Source: Corallochytrium limacisporum Hawaii (taxonomy: Eukaryota > Protista > Pluriformea). Taken from it: a DNA stretch of 64,000 bases. Under the pieces are notes generated by a model. It made no database searches and was not told the DNA's origin. It was given only the letters and a program-made list of their open reading frames with translations. Positions 1 through 10,503 of the stretch are shown piece by piece; the first letter of the stretch is position 1; every line of letters starts with the position of its first letter. The position numbers were made by a program, and so were the translations under genes. The DNA lies in assembly GCA_002811645.1 (NCBI GenBank), contig PDIP01000060.1, positions 1 to 64,000 on the forward strand, written 5' to 3'.

Positions 1-3000
1 TTGGCGCGAATTTCTCCCTCCCTCCTTATTCCGGTTGATTAAATGTGATTTGGAGCAATATTTCGACGCAGAGGATAGTATCAATTACCTCAAAATATTG
101 TCTCAAAGTGTCATATATTTTCTGTTCGGGAACGAGACCTGATGATCGCCAAGGAACCCCGTGCGCTTTTGCTCCCACAATGGATGGCCGCTCTTCCAAA
201 CGCAGTGCAAAGAAACGTACGTAATAGTGATGAACTTGTCTGACAGATTCCCATACATCGTAAGTGCAACAGAGGCCTTTATGGTCACCAGGTCGGTAGA
301 TCAGGAGACCCCACACCAAGTTTTTCTTTTTAAAATTTTTGAATACAATTTTCCTTTTCGTCGTCTGGATTGCGTTTTTTTTCTGTTTCGTTTGTAGCCA
401 TCGTAACTTCTGACCTGCGAGCGCCGTAATGTTAATTTTTGACCCCCCCTCCGCCGGTATGGAGAGAGTCTTAGTATTCTCCACATATCCACTTTCGGCC
501 AGATCAGAGTCTTAGTGGTGGATCAACCTCGTTGACGGATGAAGTGTGCACAATAGTTCTCTCAATGGATTTTGTAAGGATTTCATTAGTTGAGTGTTGT
601 GGGAAAGAAAAGGACAGCAATATGCTAAGAAAAGCAGTAGACAAGTACGGCCCTCATTTCGGTCCTCACCTCACTTCTGGTCCTGTTGCTCGTCGTGAGA
701 CACAGGATTTAATTTCGCCAAGAAAACCCAAAGTAGGACAGTACCCTGATGTTGGTTTCCTATATGTAATGTATTGCAAAATTCTTCAGTTTTGCTGCAG
801 AGATCCATCGTAGCGCTCGTCTCGATTCTCGCTCGCGTGCCTGAGTTGCAAACTCCAACGACATGAGGGAAGAAGTTGCTGACCAGGGCTAGTAGCTGGT
901 AGTGTTTTGACTTTACGGAAAGTGAAACCAGTTAGGCTCACTGTCGGCGAGGATGGCCTCGAACAGAAATCCGAGAGGGGATGGCACCATCGTGCACATC
1001 CCCCCGCCCCGGGGGTCCTTCGCAGGTGATCTTAGCAAAATAGAAATATCAAAAGGAGGAGGCCGCACCCTCCTCCCCGCTTGCAACCCCCTGTCCATAT
1101 CTCTTAACTTTGAAAAGGCGGACAATAATAAAGGGGCGTTGATGCGTCATAAGGGTCAGAAAATGACCATGAAATGAACACCTCCCCACCGTTGTACAAA
1201 TCTGTAGATTATCGTTTGCCATCGTTTCGTTGGAGTCTTTTTGTTTGTGTGCCTACTGTGTCCTCCCTTGTTTTTTTTTTTGCCGGCTACGAAATCGCTT
1301 CTGGAATGGCACAGTCCATGAAGTTTTTTGTCAAGTATTTTGGATTGGCAAAGGAAAGTTTACTTTATAGACCCTAATCAACTGCTCCATCGTTCGCGGT
1401 ATCGTTTTCGATCAAGGTTGTGACGCGTCCGTGTGGATCGAATGGAGTACTTCTATAAGCACAACCTGGAAAAAGAACTACCATCTGGCCTATGCTAATA
1501 ACAAAATTGCTTGCTTTGTCATTGCTTGAACCGGCATATTGTCCCAATGCGGGTACCAGAGTGGGGAAGGCGGGGGGAGAAAGTTTAAATTGGGGGGGGG
1601 GACGAGTCTGATCCCTTCCCTCCGTCCGCACCCGTGATCTCACTGTAGTTTGACACTGCAGAGCAACTGTACTTTATATGCTTTGGCAGCCGTTCAGTGG
1701 CTATGGTCTGCGCTCAAGTGATCACGGATCGTGCTGGAACAGCTCGAGCGGTATGCCACCAAGGAAGATATCATACCAGAAATGGAAACAGAGGATGGGT
1801 GGCCCCGTTGAAATGAAATCCGATACTTTTTCTATCTGGGGGGACACACTAGCAGAGGACTGAAGGGGAGGGTGGGTGGGGGTGAGGCGGAGCGTAGTTG
1901 ATCTAATAGTTAGAAGTCATTCTAGATCTGTCGGCATGGCTTGATCGGTCTCCTCGATGCTCACTTGGGACTCACAGGACATCACCGTACTTCAGTGCTG
2001 GCCTCCAATAGCGTATTTCAGACCTGGAAAAGTTCGACCTTTGACTTGCTGCCGCTCATCTTCCACAACAGCTTTCCACAACACCGCAACCACCCACACC
2101 GTTGAGAATCCGAGGACATCACACAGCATCCTGAAGAGACGTGATGCTGATCTTCTTCTTCGACCTTTTGGGGGGATCACAAAGTCACCGAGCCCTCTTG
2201 AGATGAATTTGTCCGCATGTCAGACATTGACCACCCAGACGAGGGTTGCACGCAAATTCTCGACCACCACTGCCAAGCAAATGATACCGGACGCCGTGTT
2301 TCTCACAAATATTCAAAAAGTGCCCGCGCAAAAAATGGTAGGCACTGAGAGCCAGTAACAGGGACCGCAGCATTCTGCCGGTGGCGGCCTGAATCCCATA
2401 GCAAACCACTAGCAATCCGTGTCGGGGATTCAAGATACTTCCTTCCCCGTTTCTAAGCAGCGACTGCGCCATAGATTCCTACCGTAGAGTGTACGTTTCT
2501 CGATCATCAAACAGCTATGGGTTCCGGGATATTGTAGACCCAGAGGGTTCTTGGCGCGAAGTTTTGGAAGTAGCTGGGAACGAGTTTGCCAGAGTATGAG
2601 TATATGTAACGGTTTAGCATGCTTAGGAAGACGCGTTCGTCATGTCGATTACACACTCTTCATCTTACTGTGATGCTCTGTCTATGCGATGAGCAACCCA
2701 AGGTGCGTCCACTTTAAAATAGACTCCCATTTTCTTAGGTGGGCGGTGGGGACGACTGATTAAGGGAACCAAGGAACACAAGAAAAAATGTGGTGCCCTA
2801 GCGCGGTACCAAAACGGGGGAGCCTGAGTTTCTATAGTAAACATACCTTACCGGCATAGATAAGCGAAGCAGGGATGTCTGGGTGGGTCAGGAGAGGGCC
2901 GCTTCCGTATGGAACTCGATGATGCGACGTCCGGAGGAGAATCTCATCAACAAGCTGCTCACGGTCCAAGCGTGGTTCATATTACCGGTTACGGAGTCCG

Positions 3001-3194
3001 GCCCCAGAACTTATTTGGGGACGGCTAATACTGATAGAAAATGAATTTTATAGAGTCTCCTTACAGTTTTCCGGACTCTGATTCGAGAATTGTCCATTCC
3101 CCCGGTCAGGACTGTTTGAACAATTTTTCGAGCATTACCACGGATTGTATGATCATGATTTGAGCAGAATTCCCGCAGAATACTTGAAGCCAGT

Positions 3195-3680
3195 ATGGAT
3201 CACGCGGCTACAACCGAGGAATTGAAGTCTGCGGACGTCTACCGCCGGAGCAGATTGACCCCGCGGGATGTGGTGGAGCGGATCTGGATTTCGTATGGTT
3301 TGTGTAGTACGCTGTTCTTCTCCATAGCTCTCTTCATGGACTTTTGGATGGAAGCTATCACCACAGGGTTTGCGAGATATGTCGATAGGTACGAAGATGC
3401 GGAAGGAGGAGGTGACAAAGCTATCGCAGTTCTGGAATTGCTGATGGCCAGCTTCTCCGCCCTCACATTGATGCCCTTGGCAGTCTGGGCTGCCTCGATG
3501 GCATTTTGGAACATATTTAATGCTATTGTAGACGCCATCGCAGGATTTCCTCTGCTTTTCCAAATATGGAATGTGCGCACAAAGGAGCAAACCAATCGTG
3601 CAACCCTTTTTCATTCGCATCATATGGTTGGTATTCCCATTCATTGGCTTTGTCATTTCCTGTTTTACCCAAGGTACTGA
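3195..3680 (+). CDS. Probable N-terminal (membrane) part of the downstream lipase gene, in a different frame
   Basis: 161-aa ORF with hydrophobic helices (IWISYGLCSTLFFSIALFM, LLMASFSALTLMPLAVWAASMAFW). It overlaps the 3571 ORF by 110 nt. Removing one T from the run at 3607-3611 fuses them as ...NRATLFIRIIWLVFPFIG... Confidence 0.6.
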   Translation: MDHAATTEELKSADVYRRSRLTPRDVVERIWISYGLCSTLFFSIALFMDFWMEAITTGFARYVDRYEDAEGGGDKAIAVLELLMASFSALTLMPLAVWAASMAFWNIFNAIVDAIAGFPLLFQIWNVRTKEQTNRATLFHSHHMVGIPIHWLCHFLFYPRY

Positions 3681-6504
3681 CGGAGACCCTTCTACCAGTG
3701 TAAATGGACAGACCCTCTGGGATTACCAGGCTAAGATAACGTGGACTATTGTATTCTTTGTGGCGATCGTCTACGTTGCCCTGGGTTACTATGTACGTGA
3801 TGAACGGGGTGGTGCGATCTACTATTTCCTAGGGCGCCTCGTATATGAGTCCATAAAGAAAGCAATGGGCCGATCCACCTTAGATGAACAAAGTGTACAA
3901 GCCAACGTGGGATTAGAAGTAGTGCAAACCGGTGAGAGATTGGAAGTAATCAAGACGGCACAGCCATCAACTGTTTATGAAGAGCCGAGACAAACTCCAG
4001 CAGACCGTACGGCAACTTCAAATCGGGAAGACCGGGCATCCAGCAGTTCGGAAACCTCTGACCCATCAAAGCAAGAAGAGATGAAAGAGACACATACAGT
4101 GACTGTGGACAACGGCGGCGAGTCTGCGCCATCGTCTACTGACCAGGCGCTGAGACAACGGAAGAAGGCCCGGGAGGCCGGCCACATTGAGGAAGAAGAT
4201 GATGAGGAAGACCACAGTACAGAAGATACAGAGACCAAGACAGGGACGGATACCAAGGACAACAATTTGCCATCCGTGCGTCACGCAAACAGCAGACGTG
4301 CGCTCAAGTTGGGTGACCGTGAAGATCCTCAAATGCAAACGTGGAATGATTTCTTCTTCCCGGGCGTACCCCGCAGCCGCAGACACGCTCTGCAGCATCA
4401 CTCGGGGTGGGCACTTGTTTTTGTTGTGATCGGTCTCCTCCTGTTCGCTGTGGGATCATCAATTGGCGTTTTACTCGGCTCCTGGGCCATCGGTCTCTTC
4501 ATCTGGCTCGTTGGAGTGGTCCGCCAATGGCGCTGGCGACGCAAGGACAGGAAGTGGGAAGAGACTCATGCACTTAACGAGGTGGAAGATGTCCACGGCA
4601 GTAACGTCAAGATGAACCGGGCACTTCGTTTCTATTTTAACTATTTCTGGCCGGTTTGGAGACACTCTATTCTCATTGTAACCTCCCTTGGTCTCACAGG
4701 CGCGGTCATCGTGACCACAGAGGTGCGGCTACTGTGGGCACTATTGACATTGCTGGCTGCCATTGTAGTCATGCCTTTGATTCCCTTGGCAATTCGTCAA
4801 TGCCTGCCGGAGAGGACGCGGGAGCGAGCGGATGAGCGCTTGCGCCGTGGTCTAGGGCACATTCTCGATGTCATCTTCACCTTGGCAGCCTTTGGCCTCT
4901 ACTTCTATGTCATTAGCCCTGTGTACGTCATGTGCATGCTCATTCTCTTCCTCGGTATTCTGCCATACTATGGATCCCTCTGCCTCAACTGGATGGTCGG
5001 CAACGAACGAGCCATTCTAATGTATGGAAAGTACAAGTACGGCCGAAGGGCCTGGGTCGATAAGGCGTCTGCGGATGAATTGCGAGAGCTTTTCCTTCAA
5101 GAGCAACGCCAGCGTAAGATTCACAACTTGGCACCCATGCTCATGTCTTCAAGCGTCGGCCAAGGTGATGGCACGGATGCGGTGGCTGTCCCTATGCCAG
5201 TCGAAGGCACACCATCGGTGGGTGAGGAAGTCACGACGAGAAATCTGGACAATCGCTTGACCACTGAGCAGACCAAGCCACGGCCAGCAAAATCTGCTTC
5301 CAGGACGTTGAACTTTCCCCTACTTGTGTGGGTCTTGTCTCTACGTAACCCAAGCTACCACATTCGTCACAAATGGCGTCGCATTGTGGCCAATGCCACC
5401 ATTCTCTTCCTTGCCTTCCTCACCATCATTGTGGCGTCGGGTATCAGCGAGGAGCCGAACAGTACCCTTGGTGCACCGTACTACGTAATTACGGATGAAG
5501 CACCGGCGGCACCCCCACCGGCCCGTCTTGAACAACCCAGCAACACTGCCAACGGAGAAACCTTCGTGCCCTACCCAATGTGTGGCATCCTCATCAACGA
5601 ACTGAATCCACTGGACATTACTTTCCTGGCCATGATCACCTACGACAGTCTGGAGACCCAGGCTGAACAACTCACCGAGTACTTTGGAACGGGCAATGCT
5701 ACCGTAAACGAAACCATTGCAAACGATGACACCCATCCCTGCACGCAGAAAGGCATTACTCCCGGCGTGTCTGTCTTTCAGATAACACCCGTGACCGCAG
5801 CTGCGAACGACCCGCCTGTTATTGTTGTGAGTTTCCGTGGCACTGCCAACGGTTTTGACGTCCTCTACGACATGAAGATCTGGGCACCGTCCGTGGTGGC
5901 ACAGGTCTTCATGCGCCTTCTGCCTTTTGGCGAACTGTGGAAACCCTTTATGCCAAATTTCTTAAAGTACATGACCATTGAAGAAGGCATCAGCCCCAAT
6001 CTAGATGAGCAGCAGATGGTATACACGAACGACGATGTCCTTTCGTTTGCGCGCACAGCGGCCATTTGTGTTGCTCGCATCCGGCAGGATTTTCCGACCA
6101 GTCCCATCCTCACCACTGGCCATTCCCTTGGTGGTGGCCTTGGTCTAATTGCAGCCTCTGCTAATGATGTTCCGGCCTATACTCTGTCAGGCCCGAACAC
6201 TTGGCTGCTGCACGAGCGTCTGGGCGTGACCTGGGACTCGATTCAGCGCTGGGGAATGAACGTAATCCCGGAGCACGACCTCGTTCCAATGGTTGACATT
6301 CCGGGTGTCAAGCAGCAGCACATTCGCTGCACCGGCAACAGCTTCCTGGAGTGTCATCACGGTGCTCGTACCTGGTGCCAGCTCCAGTATGGCTGTGCAG
6401 GACTACTGCAAAATCCACGCAACGTCACGGCCATTCCATTGAGCAATTCAGACAACCCCGACGAAGAGTACTGTCTGGAGGCGTGGACCGGTTCTGACGA
6501 GTAA
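3571..6504 (+). CDS. Multi-pass membrane protein with C-terminal class-3 lipase (alpha/beta hydrolase) domain
   Basis: 977-aa ORF with about 9 hydrophobic segments and an acidic loop, then lipase_3 motifs IVVSFRGT, nucleophile elbow ILTTGHSLGGG, acid HDLVPMVD and a Cys-flanked His (LECHHG). Confidence 0.88.
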   Translation: MCAQRSKPIVQPFFIRIIWLVFPFIGFVISCFTQGTDGDPSTSVNGQTLWDYQAKITWTIVFFVAIVYVALGYYVRDERGGAIYYFLGRLVYESIKKAMGRSTLDEQSVQANVGLEVVQTGERLEVIKTAQPSTVYEEPRQTPADRTATSNREDRASSSSETSDPSKQEEMKETHTVTVDNGGESAPSSTDQALRQRKKAREAGHIEEEDDEEDHSTEDTETKTGTDTKDNNLPSVRHANSRRALKLGDREDPQMQTWNDFFFPGVPRSRRHALQHHSGWALVFVVIGLLLFAVGSSIGVLLGSWAIGLFIWLVGVVRQWRWRRKDRKWEETHALNEVEDVHGSNVKMNRALRFYFNYFWPVWRHSILIVTSLGLTGAVIVTTEVRLLWALLTLLAAIVVMPLIPLAIRQCLPERTRERADERLRRGLGHILDVIFTLAAFGLYFYVISPVYVMCMLILFLGILPYYGSLCLNWMVGNERAILMYGKYKYGRRAWVDKASADELRELFLQEQRQRKIHNLAPMLMSSSVGQGDGTDAVAVPMPVEGTPSVGEEVTTRNLDNRLTTEQTKPRPAKSASRTLNFPLLVWVLSLRNPSYHIRHKWRRIVANATILFLAFLTIIVASGISEEPNSTLGAPYYVITDEAPAAPPPARLEQPSNTANGETFVPYPMCGILINELNPLDITFLAMITYDSLETQAEQLTEYFGTGNATVNETIANDDTHPCTQKGITPGVSVFQITPVTAAANDPPVIVVSFRGTANGFDVLYDMKIWAPSVVAQVFMRLLPFGELWKPFMPNFLKYMTIEEGISPNLDEQQMVYTNDDVLSFARTAAICVARIRQDFPTSPILTTGHSLGGGLGLIAASANDVPAYTLSGPNTWLLHERLGVTWDSIQRWGMNVIPEHDLVPMVDIPGVKQQHIRCTGNSFLECHHGARTWCQLQYGCAGLLQNPRNVTAIPLSNSDNPDEEYCLEAWTGSDE

Positions 6505-7310
6505 GCGTGCGCGTCTGACCTTGTCAAGCGTACACAAGCATCACCACTACCGTACGAAATAATCATAAGCAACCATTTATCGCCATATTTCATGACATAC
6601 ATCCATTGCATAAAGCATATACACATAATTTCGAAGCATATCATGATCTTCGCATAGCCTCTTTGGGGGAGTGAATGGGAATTGGGAAAGAATGTTAGTG
6701 TACCGTGTCGCGAAGGTTTGCGCAGGGAGCGAGGGGCTCTGGTGTGGGGTGCCCCCGGCAGGAAGACTCTGCTCCCTTTCGGTCAGATTTCAGTTTCAGC
6801 AGAAAACCAGCCAAAGATTTTTTTTTTTCTTTCCCATACACGACACCACCCCCCCCCCTCCTGGACCGTGGATTCTGCTCACAGTTGGCACAGTGAGGTG
6901 CACCACAAAGGGTGAAATATTCTCTCCGGGTCCGGGGTGTGGTGCTCGCCGGGGGCGTTGTCAGTTTTCTGTGTGTGGAAGTCGCAGTGACAGCTTTACC
7001 TTGGCGGGCACCCAAACCTAAGAAACCCTGGCAGTGTGGAGAGCCGAACGGCCGTCCGTGCTCAATTCAACCTCATATACCCAAACTACAGTTTGTGGTG
7101 TTTGCAACATCGCCCTGGTATCTGGACCACTCTCCGGCCTCAGCTGGTACCCCCGTTGGTACGTAACCATAACTATGTTCCATCTACTCTTGTGTGACCC
7201 TGGGTCTATGGAGGAGTGAATAGCCCAAAAACTCCCACTATCACAGGTACTCAGGTGATGTCCTATTGCCTCAAAAGTACAGTTCACTGACTATAGCGAC
7301 GTCCCCCTTC

Positions 7311-7739
7311 CTAGAGCACAGCTCTGGGAATAGGACGGTTGCAGTTTATGGTAACGTCTTCGACATAGAGTAGGCGCTTCGATTCCATCACCTGACCCTG
7401 AGCACTTATGGTGTCGAAGATCGCGGGGATGGGTACCCAATGACTGTCCATTACGAGGAGACAAGCATTAATGGATTCCGGCAAATAAAAGCCAAAGCAG
7501 AACAAGGCTTGGCCGTCATGTTGTAGGCTTAGTAGATGGATGAAAGACGCCGACGATACACATTCAAGTTCATGGCGACGAAACCTCGTTTGATCGAATC
7601 GTCTCCACGCTCCGGAAGAACTTTTGGTGTTGAAGATATTCCCTTCCTCATTCACATGGTGCCGAGCCTTGAGAAACGGAAGATATAGAAGAATTTCAAT
7701 TCACAGGTCATTAACTGGGATCCCATTCGACTTGGTCAT
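7311..7739 (-). pseudogene. F-box-like gene relic
   Basis: The minus frame from ATG 7739 reads MTKSNGIPVNDL*IEILLYLPFLKAR..., matching the F-box core LPxD/ELxxEILxYLP. A TGA at 7701-7703 sits where Trp (TGG) would fit. The frame then stays open into the listed 7311..7655 ORF. Confidence 0.45.
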
Positions 7740-7988
7740 TGTGATGAAGATGAGAATGAAGCTGAACAAGAGGGTAAAGTGGCAGGCACAAGGAGGTCAG
7801 TAGCGGATATTGAGCGGTGTCAGTTTGGCCGTTCGGACGCCCCCAGCGTTCTTAGGGGCAGGCCCTATGGGCAGAAGAGCGGGAGCACATTGCTGCGGGG
7901 AGGGGGAAAGGTGGATGAAGTACCCGGAGCACTTATGACTGGAATGGTAACACATCGAAGAGGCGTCTATTCATCACCTGACCCTGAG
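7386..7988 (+). repeat. Dispersed 17-bp direct repeat with diverged flanks
   Basis: CATCACCTGACCCTGAG at 7386-7402 and 7972-7988; GAGCACTTATG at 7400-7410 and 7927-7937; ATGGTAAC and AGGCG precede both copies. Confidence 0.75.
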
Positions 7989-8251
7989 ACCATGCTTTAC
8001 AGAAAGAGGTACTCGTACAAGGCTGTAATGGTAAGCGTAAAGTGGAAAGGTATTTGTACAGACTACCTGATGTGTAGCAAAGGGGTATTTAAAACAATTG
8101 ACTCGAACACAAAGTAAAGATCTGTTTCGGAGATCATCAACTATCAAGAACAGCATCACTCAGTACTCAACTGATCACGCTCAAGTATTCCCACACCATT
8201 GTTTCATCTCGTCATTCAAAGCACCCAAGAAGACTTTCCGAGACAACGATC

Positions 8252-9601
8252 ATGAAGGTTTCTTTTGTACTCTCCGTCTTCTCCGTGTTGGCAGCTGATG
8301 TTGCCATCGCCGCTTCTATGGCGAAACTCATGGAGCACCATCGCCGTGACAATGGCCAAGGCACCGACACCGAGTGCCCTGTATCCCAAGGAAAGTGCAC
8401 TGGTGATTTCTACAACAGGGGTAAGAACTATCCTTACTGGGCCCAGCTGGTTGGCATCGGCAGCTGTGACACCAGTGCCATGGCGGAGTTCATTCTCGAT
8501 AAGGGCGACTACTTTGAAACGTACTTGTCGAACCGCTGGTGGGTCTTTGAGGGAGATTACACCTCAGATTATCCCAAGGAGCAGGCTCTCTACACCAACT
8601 TCATCAACAAAATGAATGGTCTAGTTGGTCCAGTGCTGCAGATGCCCTTCTACGACGACTCCGTGAGCGAGGCTGATCTACGTACCTACTCCAACAAGCT
8701 GCTCACTTTGCTGTACACTCCAGAAGAGACTAGCTTCGATTGCACCGACGCGTGCCGTGGTCAGGATAGCTGTACTGTTGCACCGTATGCAATATCTTTC
8801 CCATTTTACGACTACTACGCTGCCCAAGGCAGCAATGATATTCACGAGGCTGAATTCGTGCAGAACTGGTGGCTTATGGACTATGCCTACATTCCTACCG
8901 ATATGGAGATCGACATCCGCTCCAATCACCAGGGCACCTGTCAGAAGTACACGGAGAGCTACAGTCACTCCATTTCCACCACTAACACCGCTACCTCGTC
9001 CAACACCATTGGCCAGACCTTTGGTACCAGCTTCAAGATTACTCAGAGCGCCACCGTCAAGGAAGGCTTTGGTATGATGAGCGCCACAGAAAGTACCTCA
9101 GTAGAGGCGGGTTTCACCTCGTCCACCTCGGCCAGTCTCACCACCACTGAGTCCTTCTCCCAGACGGAGACATCTGAGGCTACCAAAACTTACCCTATCG
9201 ATATTCCGGATGGTGCACTCATGAACAACACCATGTTTGTGAACCAAATCCATGCTGACTTGACGTACACTGGTGATGTTGTCTACGATGCCAACCACCA
9301 GCTTATCTACCCCTGGTACCAGACCAACGCCAAGTTCAGGCCACACATTCCCATCGGTCTGACCATTGGCACCGTTAAGAACCTCGTCCAGGATGCAATG
9401 GATCTGACCGGCATCTCCTGGAGTAACCAGTTTGTGGACAACATGTTCACTTCCTCCATCACTGGCAGATCCAAATCCATTCAGGGCACCATGGTCATCA
9501 GCTCCACCAACTTCTGCGACCTGGCCACCACTCCCGCGAACTCCTGCACCGAATATGATGCCGAAATGTACCCCATTCAGTCCAATGACTGCAAGGCCTA
9601 A
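8252..9601 (+). CDS. Secreted aerolysin/ETX-MTX2-like beta-pore-forming protein
   Basis: Signal peptide MKVSFVLSVFSVLAADVAIA and a dibasic RR site. Ser/Thr-rich alternating strands flank an amphipathic hairpin (YTESYSHSISTTNTATSSNTIGQTFGTSFKITQSATVKEGFGMMSATESTSVEAGFTSSTSASLTTTESFSQTETSEATKT), followed by YPIDIPDG and ADLTYTG, the pattern of the aerolysin pore-forming module. Confidence 0.8.
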   Translation: MKVSFVLSVFSVLAADVAIAASMAKLMEHHRRDNGQGTDTECPVSQGKCTGDFYNRGKNYPYWAQLVGIGSCDTSAMAEFILDKGDYFETYLSNRWWVFEGDYTSDYPKEQALYTNFINKMNGLVGPVLQMPFYDDSVSEADLRTYSNKLLTLLYTPEETSFDCTDACRGQDSCTVAPYAISFPFYDYYAAQGSNDIHEAEFVQNWWLMDYAYIPTDMEIDIRSNHQGTCQKYTESYSHSISTTNTATSSNTIGQTFGTSFKITQSATVKEGFGMMSATESTSVEAGFTSSTSASLTTTESFSQTETSEATKTYPIDIPDGALMNNTMFVNQIHADLTYTGDVVYDANHQLIYPWYQTNAKFRPHIPIGLTIGTVKNLVQDAMDLTGISWSNQFVDNMFTSSITGRSKSIQGTMVISSTNFCDLATTPANSCTEYDAEMYPIQSNDCKA

Positions 9602-9942
9602 GTGCTACAGCTCCGATGTCGTCCCTTCTCAACCACCGGTCTCATCATGCAGAGCGAGAGCCTGTTCACCGTATCCACAATGGTTTGCCCAAATTGTCTT
9701 CACTTTATAATCCCCAATATAGCCATCCTTCCCTCCCAACCCCAAGCTGGCCTAGCTTCCCATCTGCCAATGTTGGTATTAAGGACTACTACTCGAAAAG
9801 GAAAATTTCGACTGTCCACCTCAGCCTCAGTCGGGCCGGGGCGTAAAACACTCTACTACCACCGAGGGATGAGCCCCGAACGTGAGGGCTGCGGAGGGTT
9901 TTTTTTTTCGTTTCACTGTTACGCGTTCCAAGCCACCCCCCC

Positions 9943-10196
9943 NNNNNNNNNNNNNNNNNNNNNNNNNNNNNNNNNNNNNNNNNNNNNNNNNNNNNNNNNN
10001 NNNNNNNNNNNNNNNNNNNNNNNNNNNNNNNNNNNNNNNNNNNNNNNNNNNNNNNNNNNNNNNNNNNNNNNNNNNNNNNNNNNNNNNNNNNNNNNNNNNN
10101 NNNNNNNNNNNNNNNNNNNNNNNNNNNNNNNNNNNNNNNNNNNNNNNNNNNNNNNNNNNNNNNNNNNNNNNNNNNNNNNNNNNNNNNNNNNNNNNN
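9943..10196. other. Assembly gap (N run)
   Basis: Ns flanked by C/G runs. Confidence 0.99.
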
Positions 10197-10503
10197 CGGG
10201 GCCACTTTCCATAGTGTCCCAAGCTGTTCAGAATTATCGGTGGGGGTTTCCCTATAATAAGCGCAATTCATTCCCTACGCATCAGGATACACATTCCGGT
10301 GTGGTGGTAGGAGACTGGGGACCGTGCCCAGCAATGGTTTGGCATGGAACTCATGAATGCGACCCCGTAATGATGGTACTTGAAGAGTCTACGCGATGAT
10401 GAGCTACTGACCAAGGGTGGAAGGATCCGTACTCCAAGGACATGACCCGGTGACACAGAATCAGATCCATCAATAGAGCAGACACAGAAAAACCAGAGTT
10501 CCA

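Noticed and set aside
1917-2507. Minus-strand fragments including FLNICEKHGVRYH (LicD- or desaturase-like) and a hydrophobic frame with five stops
   Set aside because: A single short motif that fits two unrelated families, with no supporting motifs and only weak stop depletion.
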